Position numbers and translations under genes: made by a program
Origin: Tubiluchus corallicola
Taxonomy: Eukaryota > Animalia > Priapulida
Direction: 5' to 3'
DNA length: 64,000 nucleotides
Assembly (NCBI GenBank): GCA_030141605.1
Contig: JAQGDQ010000044.1
Span: 248,001 to 312,000 of the forward strand
The notes under the pieces: model-generated
The model's database searches: none
Told to the model about the DNA's origin: nothing
Seen by the model: the letters and a program-made list of their open reading frames with translations, nothing else
Part shown: piece after piece, positions 11,550 through 54,499 of the stretch
Numbering within the stretch: position 1 is the first letter of the stretch
Layout of the letters: every line of letters begins with the position of its first letter

Positions 11550-14102
11550 TATATTTTGATATGACACCGCTGTGTGTTTTTTGCAGTAATTATAACCAGC
11601 ATTGTCACTATTACTAAATTTTCTGTCATTTTGTGATTAAAAACCTGGAGACATTGACATTTTATCTAGACTTTTTATTTCCTTGAGTTTTTTCTGGCTG
11701 AATAATCAGTAAAATTTTGATTTAAAATCGACCCAGTAAAAAATTTGGTATTGTAAGTTTCATTCATTTAAATATTTTCCTAAGTTTGCTTATTAAAATT
11801 TACGTAACTGTGCAAAAATTTGAGGTATCTTTATTACCATTTTTACTGAAAAATTTTCGGTATTTTTTCTTGAACTTCTGTTTTCATATAATACCAATTA
11901 TGATTTGAATATCCATTAATGTTTTTTTGTCAACTAATATATTGCTGCCAGTAAAGTGTGTTTTTACTGGAAATCAACTGGCCCAAAAATTGATTTAGAA
12001 TGGATTTTATACTGTCAAGTGATTATATAAAAATCATTGTTCTAAAGTTATTGCATGCGACAGCATCTTATAAGCTGTGGAAAAATTTTCCTACACACTA
12101 CAAATAGTTTATTGAGAAAATAAATGTAAATGAGATGCAACAATTTGAATTTATTTGTTTTGCTTTGTAGCCTGAAGTATGCACTGTAGTTTAATACACT
12201 CTTGCCGTTACTGATTACTCAATGTGTCCAAATGATTTGTTATGTAATTTAGCCTGGCATATTTTTGGTACCTTCCTAACCTATGCAAGCACACATCGAC
12301 AAAATCATGGTCATTCTTCCCTTTTTGAATTCTGTGTACATGTGTGAAGTGTGCCAAACTTATTGCCTGTACATACTGAGTAAATTGTGAATTGAACCAG
12401 TTTGAACCCTATTTTTCTAATATTTTAAGCATCCAGGTTATAATAATTTTTTGTTTTCTTCTTTGAACCAATGAAACCAATGTTTATTCTTTTTTTAGTC
12501 TAAATATATTTTTAATTTCATTGAACCTTTACAAACTCTATGTTCTGCAACTCTATGACCCAATATACCTGTAAATTACTGATATCATTTAGCAATTACG
12601 CTAACGATACCTTAAGACAGATCTTTACAATCATCAAGTACAACTTAATTTCAAGTGATACTATTTAGCCTGAGAAACCCCCCTAGAGTATTACATTGGA
12701 CTTTTCTCCCTAACCTTGCTACGCAACTAAAATGTCGTTACCGTAATTATAAAAATTTTTATATAATAATGCTTTTTACAATTGGACACCTTGCAAAAAC
12801 ATTGATATTAATTAACAAGTCACGTGCAGTGCTAACATGTATAAAAAATGCATAATTTGAGCTTGAAGAGCCACCATTTTATCAGAGAAAATCTGAAATA
12901 ATAAAGAAACAAATGATTATAATTCAACTACATCGAGAGAGAAAGTAAAAACCAAACAATACTATTGTAAATAAACGAGCGAATATGCGGCGCAAACGCG
13001 AGAATTTAAATTTAACCAAAGAGCTTGAAGACATACGCCTAAAAATCGATTGCCTGTTACTTTAGAGACGGCTGTGCCAGCAGTTAGCAATAAGTAGTCT
13101 GATTTCATGAGTAGTATGAACGAGCAAAAATCTTTCTGGGCGTGCACGATTTCACAAAAATTAAACTATTTACTACTTGTGTATGTACTATTTAGATAAG
13201 GCGCAGTTATAAATTTACAATTTTTTAAAAACGCTGTGGTGCTACCTGGTTCTTTCTTATACCATACACTTGCAAACCATTGCCCAAAATAGAATAAGGA
13301 AAGTACTTTGTCACATTGTGCATCACCGTGGCACAGTTTATATAATAGTATTACATTACTGTGATAAAATATTATGTATTGTGTGCATACATTATGCAAT
13401 AGTATTATTTAAACTAAGACCATAGGTACAGCTCAGTTAACTCCTTCACAACAATGAAACTAACGTAAGAGTCGTACGTAAGTTCCTTTATAATTCCTGC
13501 TTTCTTTGTCATTGCTGCAAACTTTGATTGCTGATCTTCATTTTGAAGATTTCCGTACTGCATCCGCGGGCAACATAAAAAAAGTTGCCAAATCTTGAGT
13601 TGTAGTGAATTAAGAATCTCAGTTGTATTTGTAATTGTAATTTATTATCCAGTTCAGCGTAATTACGATTAGCATTATCACATTATAACTAATATAAATC
13701 AAATCTGGTTATAATAATTGTAACAAAATTATATTGATGCGCTATTATGTGATACAATTAGGGAAAATGCAAATATAATTATAATAATTGTAAAAGAACT
13801 ATATTAATATAGTTACTAAACTATATAATAGTTTATCAGCTGAAATATATGCTGCACTGTCAAGTTACCAACCTCTATTCAACTGATGAGGCCAGGGCGA
13901 AAGCTCCTGAATAAATATTGTAATCTTATGTTGAGTAATTTCGTAATTTATTGTCCACTTCAGCATGATTACATTATCGCATTGTAACTATATATCAAAT
14001 CAATTACATGTATTACATTTCAAATCAATGTAATCACATTAATATAAAAGCACTATATTATTAATATAGTTACTAACTACATAACAACAGGAAAATATGC
14101 TG

Positions 14103-14140
14103 CATGGTGGTCAAGAAGCAAAGCTTGTAAGACCACCATG
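14103..14140 (-). mobile_element. Stem-loop resembling an L2/Crack LINE or SINE 3' end
   Basis: Perfect 10-bp arms CATGGTGGTC/GACCACCATG enclose AAGC-AAA-GCTT. Confidence 0.35.
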
Positions 14141-15007
14141 AAAGGGGAGAAAAAACTGCTTAACAAGAGAAAAAATAGGAAAACAGAGAATAGTTAAGAT
14201 AAAATAATAGACAAAGATAGAGAAAAAGAGAAGAGAAATGAAATAGAAAGGAGTTCAGCAGAGACGTGATGCAAACGTATGAAAATATAAACTGTAATGT
14301 AACCAGTCGCGGGATGTACTGTAACTATCGCACTTCATGGCAAAACCCAAAAAATGGGTTTGAGACTATAAAGGGCATTATATTCTTCTCTGTTAATATA
14401 TCCAGGGAATTAAATATATATAACTAATTTGCTAGGCATACAAGGTATCTGTTGATGTTCTTCTTGAATCTAGTGATGACACAGTTTTCGGAGAAACGAT
14501 TCAAAGAATACTACAAATATGAAAGCAGCGGAAGCTGATGTGCAAGGTACGTGGATGTCGTTTAATCTGCATTATGTATAGTTTGCAACTGGCAAATGGT
14601 GATGCAAAAAAGCCTTGTACTGGCATAGAATTGATGAACCAAAACTAAGGCTATAAGTTACCTATTACCATTGTAGTCCTAACGCTACAAGCCAGCTACT
14701 AGAAAGGCAAAAAAAGAATATGTATTTTAAAAAAAAGTAGCAGACTGGGGTACTGTTACCAAACAGGGCAACAGTACAACACATGAACGGAGCACCAATT
14801 CGACAGAAGCTAAGTTTAATGGTGACTTTGAATGATGTACGGCAAGCAAAATGCCCTTCAAGCTCATCTAGGATGTGACCCGGAATGCATAATGCTGCAA
14901 AGAATGCTAAATTGGTGAAAAAGAATCTTTGTGTTGATTTAGCTGATGTTACTGATTTGCGTAACTTGAGTGCTAAATCAGAGAGTTTTGGATCATTTTA
15001 TAATTTA

Positions 15008-15089
15008 CAGTCAAACCTTTTTATATCACCTACTTTACGACTGCAAAAAAGTTGACATTATAGCGAGTTTGGCATTAAAACGAGGTGCA

Positions 15090-15169
<80 letters not shown>

Positions 15170-15198
15170 TGTCTATGCAATATAACGAGGTTTGACAA
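15008..15198. mobile_element. pogo/Tigger-like MITE containing a (TA)n microsatellite (15093-15168)
   Basis: TA-CAGTCAAACCT ... TATAACGAGGTTTGAA-like end (AGGTTTGACAA-TA); inverted ends match. Confidence 0.65.
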
Positions 15199-15666
15199 TA
15201 CATTTGACTGATATGTTATGCACGGCTTTTTAATTATAAGAAGTTGAGTTTTTTAGTACTTTTTTAGTATTGAGTTTGCAAATTTCAGCTATTGCTGTTT
15301 AATCAAAGATCTCTGATATTTTACCGTGTGATGGTCGTATTTGCTGATAAAGGATAGAAATAGAAATATTAGAGTAAAAGGAACACAAGTCCCATAGAAT
15401 AGTTTATCGATTTATAATTATTATAACCTGATTCACAAAGAGCATATGAGAGTGATGTACTTTTTTCACTAACCGCAATTATTAATTGCTAAGTGATGAA
15501 AGTGAAAACTAGAACTTGATTATGGAAGATGTTCCTTCTTGTCAGTTTACTGTTGTTGTTGCTGTCTGTGTTTTCTTTAATAATTTTTTTCATTGTTTTA
15601 TAGGAATTCAACAGGGAGAAAAGAGTGTTTTTATTGAAGGAATCTCAAAATTAATGTTTATATGAA

Positions 15667-16257
15667 ATGGCAGAAACTCGTTTGCTTGGAAAGCTTTATA
15701 AATGTACCAGATGTAGTAAGAACTTTTCATCACAATCACAGCTCAAACAACACTTTAGAATACACACTGGTGAGAAACCTTACAATTGTACCTTGTGTAA
15801 TAAGAGCTTTTCACAGAAGTGTCATCTTGACCAGCACTTTAGGCTTCACACAGGTGAGAAACCTTACAATTGTACCTTGTGTAATAAGAGATTCTCACAG
15901 CAGTGTCATCTTGACCAGCACTTTAGGCTTCACACAGGTGAGAAACCTTACAAATGTGATAAGTGTGGTAGATGCTTTTTCCAGAAATGTCACCTTGACC
16001 AACATTTGAGAACTCACGCAGACGAAAAGCCTTACAGCTGTGAATTCTGCAAGAAATGCTTTTCCCAACAAGGAAATCTTGTCAAACATATTAGAATTCA
16101 CACTGGTGGAAAACCTTATCAATGTGACTTGTGTAGTAAAAAGTTTTCTGTGGAATCTAGTTTAGTTCGGCATTCCAGAACTCACACTGGTGAAAGGCCA
16201 TACAAACGCCATCGATATAGTAAAAGCTTCTGTAGGTCAAGTCATCTTGCAAAGTAA
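15667..16257 (+). CDS. C2H2 zinc-finger protein (6 intact fingers plus a degenerate seventh; no effector domain visible)
   Basis: 196-aa ORF with CxxC...HxxxH fingers and HTGEKPY linkers. Splice acceptor ends at 15603. The last finger (YKRHRYSKSFCRSSHLAK*) lacks zinc ligands. Confidence 0.85.
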   Translation: MAETRLLGKLYKCTRCSKNFSSQSQLKQHFRIHTGEKPYNCTLCNKSFSQKCHLDQHFRLHTGEKPYNCTLCNKRFSQQCHLDQHFRLHTGEKPYKCDKCGRCFFQKCHLDQHLRTHADEKPYSCEFCKKCFSQQGNLVKHIRIHTGGKPYQCDLCSKKFSVESSLVRHSRTHTGERPYKRHRYSKSFCRSSHLAK

Positions 16258-17949
16258 TTAGTAATTTAGCTTAAAGTGTACATGAATAATCTAATTAAAA
16301 GATTTAATTTGCTGTTTGATCTGGTCACACATAAGCAGTCATAGAAAAGATTTGTAATTGTGCATTTATTTAATACTGTTCTTACCAGCTTAGATATCTT
16401 TTCAATGTGTTTGCCTTGAAAAGTGTGTCATCGATTTTTAAACTGATTATGATCTAGATTAAATTACAGCAAGTACGATAAGTAATAGTTGCTAGCTGCT
16501 CGGACTGAATATTGTATCGTACGTGATAAGATACTATTGTCGTGAGATAACGTACCAGTAGTGTTATCACCTTTTTGGATTATTTGTACCTTAACATTGT
16601 ATTTCTGATTTTTAAAGAGGTTGCAGTACAGTTCTTACTACAGTAAGTATGATATATGAGCTGCTCATATATTTTGCTGAAGCTGCTTTGTTCTTTGTGA
16701 TAAACAACAGATTTAGTGTTTTTAAAGGCAGTTTGTTATGTCCAGTGACATGTAGTGTTCTCCAACGCAGTTTGTTACATTCAGTGCCATGTAATGTTCT
16801 TCCAGGCAATTCTTACATCCTGTGACATGTATTTGTAATTTTCTGTACTACAAAAGCTGACTGTTTATTTATAATAACAGTTATATTTTTCTTTTTACTT
16901 TTTTATTCAACCTATTACATAATATGCATAATCTTTTATTTACAGAGCAAAAATCATTTTAAGGTTTCTTATAGCTTTATTTTCAATATTACAGAATTGT
17001 GCCAAAACTGTGTTTGTTGTTAATACAATGTTACTGCAACAGTGCTTATAGTCAGGACCAGTGCTAGGAAGCACAGGGCCCAATTAGAAAATTGTTACTC
17101 CTCTATCCCACAAATGTTCCAAAACAGTATAAACACTTTGGACATCTTTAACAAACTTTATTATCGAAACTTTATGTTATATAATCAGATTAACAGTGCT
17201 CTTCCCGTGTTGAGGGTTTGTATGTCGTCCACAAATCAGTAAAATTAAAATCCATTTACGATCTAACTAATGCATATTGGGCTTGCCAATTACCTTTATT
17301 AAAAAGGTAAATAGCGGCCATAAACTGAAATTCCAAAACAAATGAACATACGATCAGCAAAAAAACATTGAAACAGATATAAATGGACAGACTGGATAGT
17401 TTCACTGTCTTCACAGTATCAAGAAACTTCGTGCACACTGGACTAATTCATCATGGCATGTGCACGGCGGGCCCAATTTTAATAAATCTGTCCATTGGCT
17501 TAAAACTGGCCGTCTATAGTCGCTGTAATTTTAACGCTAGTGTAGCTGACATAACTTTCAAATTTATTGATTGTCACGTTTACTATCTAAATATTTCTTA
17601 CCTCTAGCGTATACGGTAGTGATTTTCTATAAAATTTAATTTATTTGATGATAGTTGATACAAATAATTCATTTGTATCAAGAATAAGACAATTGCTGTT
17701 TTATTTCTTATTGTATAAGAAATAAAAGTTACAATTCTGAATGAGTTGAATTTTATAATATAGAATAAAAATGGTAGTTGCTAGATGTTCCAAAATCGTT
17801 ATCAAGATCTGCTAATAGGCTAACACACTGCAAGATATTTTTGGCAATTATGCTAGAATTTCTGTGTGGATTTTATGTCAATTTTTTCCTTGTGAGCTTG
17901 ATCCTATAGTTCTTAGTCAATGTGAGCACACCAGTGGGTCATCATTGTT

Positions 17950-18790
17950 GATAACCAGCAGACAGTATCAAACTTTAGCCTATCGTAGCCTAGCAACCTC
18001 AAACAGTGTCAGAGAAGAACCAAATTTCAGAACCTGGTGGCCTAGCAGCCAGCAGATGGTAACAGAGAAGCATCAAGCTTCAGCACATCATGCTCTAGCT
18101 TGTACCAATTGCTGAATGTTTTTTATTGTGGCAAAGCAGACAAGCATTGAAATTCAGCCATATCGTAGCCTAGCAACTAGCAGACAGTATCAAAAAAGCA
18201 TCAAACTTCAGCATATTGTAGCGTAGCAATCAGCAAACAGTCTCATTCATTTTGGGGCTGCTACGTTCTAAGAAACCTGTTGCGCATTCCTGTCACGCTC
18301 ATGCCACCGTCCATGATGCATCACCCTCAAATCTAGAGTTATATTTGCTAAATCTCTTTGCAGTAAATCTATATATGTCAGTAGCTGACCTCGTCTCAGC
18401 TTTTTATTGTTTCAAGCGCTTTACTTAATGCTAGTAAGTAAAGGAGATTCTTTAGGTAATCTTAGTGTATGCCCAAACCAATGCAATCTTCTTTTGCTTA
18501 CTCCAATGATTCTTCTTGACCACATTATACAGATCATTATTGGATATTCAGTCAGGCTATTTTATAGTTTTCTATATATAAACAGTCTCACAAACCATCA
18601 AACTTCAGCATATCGTAGCCCAGCAATGAGCAGACAGTATCACAAAAGTATCAAACTTTAGCACACTGTAGCCTAGCAACATCAAACAGTAACAGAGAAG
18701 CACCAAAATTTAGTAGGTGGTGGCCTAGCAGCCAGCAGATGGTATCAGAGAAGCATCAAGTTTCAATGCATCGTAGCATAGCTTGTGTGC
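17950..18790. repeat. Degenerate ~50-bp tandem repeat in two clusters (17950-18245, 18580-18790)
   Basis: Recurrent CATCAAACTTCAGCA..(T)CGTAGCCTAGCAA..AGCAGACAGTATCA units. The block GGTGGCCTAGCAGCCAGCAGATGGTA.CAGAGAAGCATCAAG occurs in both clusters. Confidence 0.8.
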
Positions 18791-19026
18791 TTGTATTGCA
18801 TAGTGTTAAATGCTGTTTATCGCTGCAAGAAGCACTGCAAAATGACACTGCCCCCTTTTAAAACAGATGACACACTAAGACTCTCTTCATAGATTACAAT
18901 GCAGACCTGATGGCACTCGAAACTAGTCTTTTGAAATCACAATGTGCAACTGCCACAAGCCACAGTTTGAATGCTACACTTAGTCTTCATGCAGACCACT
19001 GTAGCAAAGGTCATGCTGAAGATTCT

Positions 19027-24235
<5,209 letters not shown>

Positions 24236-24351
24236 GAGAAAACTTAGAAACCGGGTTTCTGAAAAAAAGTAGTTAATAATTCGTAATGCATAAAATCACA
24301 GAGGCCAAGAACCTATTAAGTCTGCTAGTTCAGTTATAATTTCAAACTTAA

Positions 24352-24835
24352 AGGGAAGGCCAAATCTCATAGCATGTTGGGTTTATTTTAAAATTATCAC
24401 TTAAGAAAGACATAACAAAAAAATTTTCAAAAAATTATCTAAAAAGTACAAGGTAAATTTATAGTACTGCTGTATAGAAATTTTCAGGTACAGTGATGAC
24501 TATCACACACTTGAAAATTATGACATAACCGGTAAACATTGTGGCTTTTTGTAAGTGCATTGTAGCTTTCCGTAAGCGCGTGCTGCTTAAACTAATACAA
24601 ACTTCTGCAGCTCACCAGATGTTCATGCAAAAATATCACAAAATTAGCTATCCAATTTTTTGTAAAAACTTGTTATACTTTTGACACAAATTGACAGTGC
24701 ACTGCTTTTCTTAAATAAACGACGTCGTTGGTGGAAAAAGGGGCATTCAAAATTGGAGCATGCAAGCATGAAATGATTACATTTTTTTGTGAACATCAAA
24801 ATAAGCCCAACTTCCCAGGAGGCTTGGTCTTTGCT
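24352..24835. mobile_element. TTAA-flanked MITE (Kolobok-like termini); inverted copy at 47081-47587
   Basis: TTAA|AGGGAAGG ... CTTTGCT|TTAA. The interior is colinear with the reverse complement of 47081-47587 (TGCTGCTTAAACT, TGTTCATGCAAAAATATCACAAAAT, GGCATTCAAAAT). Confidence 0.75.
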
Positions 24836-25079
24836 TTAAGCGACAAAATTACTGAAAAGAGCTATCAGAAAAACTTTCCGGTTAAACTGTTTGAAAGTAG
24901 TTACATGAAAGGGCTGCTGCAAGCAGGGTGGCCAGATGTCTCTCTCTTGGAAAAATAGTCCTGATTTTAAGCACTCTGTCCTAAGCCCTTTGTAACCTTA
25001 TGAAGGACATTAACTTGTCGTTCTTTTCGAGGTCTGCCTAAAAAAATCTATAAACTACTTTTAACATATTTTAAAACAA

Positions 25080-25390
25080 TTAACGGAGATTTATCAAAGA
25101 AAGAAAACTAAGCCTTGTCGATCTACGGTAAAGATAAGAAAAGCTACGCTTGATTAAGCTCAGTCTTCCATGTGCTTTATTAACAACGTTATTTATATGT
25201 GTTTGAAATTTGACCCTAGTGTCGATGGTGATACCCAGATCTATTTCTTCTGTAACGCTTACAGTTACATTATATTTCTCTAGAACTTTTTCCATTTGCA
25301 TTTTATATGTGCGATCTGCATATACCAGTCTTAGAAGATGTAGAATTAAGTATAATGAATGTATAAACCGTGATGGGGAGAAGTCTTCGT
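25080..25390 (-). mobile_element. CR1-like LINE reverse-transcriptase C-terminal fragment
   Basis: EEIDLGITIDTRVKFQTHINNVVNKAHGRLSLIKRSF resembles the DLGV..D..L.F..HI....KA...L..I.R.F signature. Confidence 0.75.
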
Positions 25391-25399
25391 ATTGCTAAC

Positions 25400-25515
25400 C
25401 TCAGTATTATATTTTTCTAAACGGCGTCTAATCAAATTTCCGCCATAAAAATCTGAACGAGCAATATGGGAAACTTCCGTCGTTCTTTCGAAATAGAAGT
25501 CACGTGACACTAAAA

Positions 25516-25521
<6 letters not shown>
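25400..25521. promoter_or_regulatory. Candidate bidirectional promoter ZSWIM7/TUFM
   Basis: CpG-rich ~120 bp. Contains ETS-like ACTTCCG (25473), palindromic E-box GTCACGTGAC (25499-25508) and YY1-like AAAATGGCG at the TUFM ATG. Minus strand has ATGGCG at 25446 and a donor GAG|GTTAGC at 25400. Confidence 0.55.
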
Positions 25522-34884
<9,363 letters not shown>

Positions 34885-36314
34885 AGAAAAAATTAGTTGT
34901 CTCCTCTTTTGGCCTGACTGTGTATAGTTTTGTAATTAAAGTTTAAGATGTTAAACAGAGCTTCTCAGACAAGCAAACTGCCACTGTGAGTTAAATGACT
35001 TCACCATTTTCTGATTAATGTGCGTTTGTTGCTTATTGTAAAACCTCAGTATTTGTGAGTAATATGTGCCAGGTTCCTCGTTTAAATAAGAAACTGTTAA
35101 GGAAGCAAGCGCTGTCGATATTTGATTTTGTAGTTTTCTCGCATTTAAGAAATTTTGAGTGAAATCACGTTTCAGAAACATTTGTTATAATTTCACTAAT
35201 GTGAAATCCATGCATGTATATTTATAGCATAGCCATACCTGTCTAGTATCTACCAGCCAAACTAGTTCGGTATTTGTAATGGCGAAGTATTAATCATTAA
35301 TATAAATGATTATTTCAGCTAATTGGTGGCTTTATTAGAGATTATGTATGATCTCAATTTCCCAATGGTGATACGTTTCCTAAGCTGTCCTTGTTTTAAC
35401 CAAGTTTAAACGGAAGCCTACTCAGCCTTGGTTTAATTTGATCTGACACTCACAATTTATGTTACAATTTTACTTGAAATAAGCACAGCTTACGTGTCAT
35501 CAGCACAGAAATTAACATGTTAAAGCGAAGAAATTATTGCTTCTTGTGAGAAAATGAATAAAAGTTTTTAGTTCAATATCCTAGCTGTGTATTTCTCTTT
35601 CAAAATACTTGTGGTGCCATACTTTCATCTTTAAGCAATTGTATTTTTTACAACTTTAAGCCATAAATAATTGCCTAAACATAATTTATTATCTAATATA
35701 CGAACACACTGTGTACACAAATTATAGGATACAAATATTTTCACATTAACACGCTGAAATACTGAAATTATTGTTTCATGTTGACAATAACAGATGCATC
35801 AAGGATTATTGTTTGATAAATACAACTTACCAAATAAATGACTTAATATTAAATGTGAATTGGCTGAGAGATTCAAATTGTAAAAATTGTACTGACTGTA
35901 ACTTATGAATGTCATAAACCGCAGCCAGGACCACATCGTACTTTCCTCATAATAGGAATTCACTTATAAAAGAAAAGATCCATACTGCTTTGCTAATTGT
36001 AAAATTTGCACTGATGATGGGTACGTTCATTGCTAAAAACCGACTCACTAAATGTAGAATTTACACTGTGAGTCAGGCTGAACTTTTTCGCTTGCAAAAG
36101 AAAGCTGATACTCTAAACAAAGAAGTTGCTCTGTGGTTAATGATTATATGAGGTGCCTCCATCACCTTGCAAGCGAATCCAGCAGACTAAATGTAGAAGT
36201 TATAATGTTTATTACTGATGATACTTCGCATCTCCACTGACGGATGCAGGTTGATCGGTTGTCCCTCCACCATCTGGCAGGCGAATCCACTAAATACAGA
36301 AGTTATAATGTTCA

Positions 36315-52133
<15,819 letters not shown>

Positions 52134-52447
52134 TGCTGAACACGGCAACGGTTAACACACTTTCAAGCCAAGCTAAACAAAACAAAGCTAAATTAGTCGG
52201 AGTATTTCTATTAACAAAATAAATACAATTAACATGACTCAGTCATAAGTTGTGCAGCTAGTTTTTAAAAATAAATTTCTAGTTTGTAACATTTTTATTA
52301 AACTAAATATTCAAATTTAAAGTCAACACCCCAAGACAGAGATGAGAACCAATCGTCATGTTGTTACTCGGTACTCTATGAATGGGTTCCATCACAAAAT
52401 ATGCAGTTATTGTTGATTTTAGTCAAATGATGAATGTGTGTATGTAC

Positions 52448-52629
52448 TAGGGCTGTAACGATGTACGTAAGTCACAATACATCCCAATACTAACCCCACG
52501 ATAAGATACGTATCACGACACCCATTGAGTTAACATTTGTAGGTTTTAATGAAAAAACTAGGTTAAGCTGTTGATATATTATATCTTATATACACACATA
52601 CACACACACACATATATATATATATACAT

Positions 52630-52660
<31 letters not shown>

Positions 52661-52807
52661 AATATAGTGTTAAAATAATTCAACAAACTGTTTGATTTCT
52701 GTTTATACTCTTGTATTGTGCAGAAACTTATAAGCAAAAACATAATTGACGATACACGTATTGTCGCAAAAGGTATCACAATGCATCGATGTATTGTTAC
52801 ATGCCTA
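52448..52807. mobile_element. hAT MITE with 8-bp target-site duplication and internal CA/TA microsatellite
   Basis: TAGGGCTGTAACGAT ... ATTGTTACATGCCTA TIRs. Flanks GTATGTAC / ATATGTAC are 7/8 identical. Confidence 0.8.
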
Positions 52808-53649
52808 ATATGTACATTATATGGTTTTCGGGCAGTGAGGTACAGTTTGCTCTTTTGCAGCTATAAGGTTTTCCTCTGAATAACTGGGCTTTGAGCACAC
52901 ACAAGTTTAGAATTATGACGATTAATTGTCACTAATTTTGTGCAATAGACAGTATTGTTCGAATTTCTTGTTATTTTGCTGTAATATTATAATTATTACA
53001 CCAGACAGGTGTAATATACATCTTGTTTATTTAATAATAAGAATTTAAAATATCAACATCATTTTTATTAATTTAAACAATTAATTAAATACAAATTATA
53101 CATTTGATAAAATAAAATATCATTGATTCTGAGCCAACTCTAGTGGAAAAATATTTGACTGACTTAGCAATGCATTTTCACAGTACAAAATACAAATAGA
53201 TATGAATTATTGCAACAAAATAATAAATAACAACAAAGTAAATAACAAGCTAAACTACAGTAATATTAGACAACTAAAACAGATACTATGTCAGGCCTAC
53301 AGTATCGAGTTTTTGTCACATCATGCACGCACTTATTTGTTTCTAGTAAATATTTCCCTGAAGAAATCAATAGTTATTGCTACTAATAACATAATAAATC
53401 AAAAAAAGATGTAAATGGCTTGGTGTAAAGCAAAACTAGATAAAACTTCATAAACAGCGAGATTTTTCTCACTTAACACTTTTTAAAATTAAATTAGGTT
53501 CCTCACCAAATTTAATGTATTTACACATACCTTCATATTAATTAATGCATAAGCAAATTACTACAATCTTATTGTACTTAAACATTAAACAACATGTTAC
53601 AAACCCACAGTTAATTGTGAAAAACTTATAAAGTTAAAAGAGTGAGCGA

Positions 53650-53940
53650 ATACGGCATTTGGGCTGCCATACACCGCACAGATTCTCCGCAATTTAGGAC
53701 ATGCATAGTAGACCAACTGCGGTATACGAACTAATGCAGTAAATGTTGCTTAACATACATGATGGTATAAGATTCGCTGAGGGTGTATAAACATAATTCT
53801 GTCGCATTTCTAAGCATGGCCACTTCAGAGAGTTTAACATAGACATTGCGCTAGCATCTCTATGATATACATTTCCTTTAGCGAGTTTTCCCTCTGAATA
53901 CAATGTTTAGAGGTAACTCACAGCAACATTTAAATGTGCC
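53650..53940 (-). mobile_element. LINE ORF2 3' remnant; related tail at ~60940-61060
   Basis: YHRDASAMSMLNSLKWPCLEMR resembles S.T.ML..L.W.SLE.RR. TTGGGCTGCC and CCGCAA(A)TTTAG are shared with 60950-60990. Confidence 0.55.
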
Positions 53941-54499
53941 TGTGAGCTGATGCAAGTTTACTTGGCAAGAAAACTCGCTAGTCTGAATGCTGTCAATACA
54001 CACAAAAACTTGCTGATCTACACTGCACTCACTCAAGTTCTAAAATGTTTTTGCTTGTGTATGGATCCCATACTGAAAACGCATAGTCTAACTTTAGACT
54101 TATTATTGATGAGAGTTCGGCAAGAATTCCTAATGTATTCATTCATTTGGTTGCAGCTTAGTGAATATATGTGAACTCTATTTTAAGTCTTGTGAGATTG
54201 TGACATCCAAATGTTGTAACCACGAAGCCAAATGCAATCGTTTACCAACTACAACACACTGGTGGTTTACAACATTGGAACTAACCTGAGAAAAATCTAT
54301 GATATCCTGCACTTGCCCTAAACACAAAACACGTGCATTAGCCAATTATGCTGATTACCTTATACAAAGAAATAATGACCTAGACGATAACTATCTGTAA
54401 ACGGTCCTCTCTCATATGCTTTTTGAAACTTTCAACTGATGAGGCACTGATGAAACCTCTAAGTTTCAGTGTAAAAAGTTATGTGCACCCTGGGAAAAT

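Noticed and set aside
15662-16009. Overlapping 115-aa ORF in another frame of the zinc-finger gene
   Set aside because: A shadow frame, typical of tandem finger repeats; no independent evidence.
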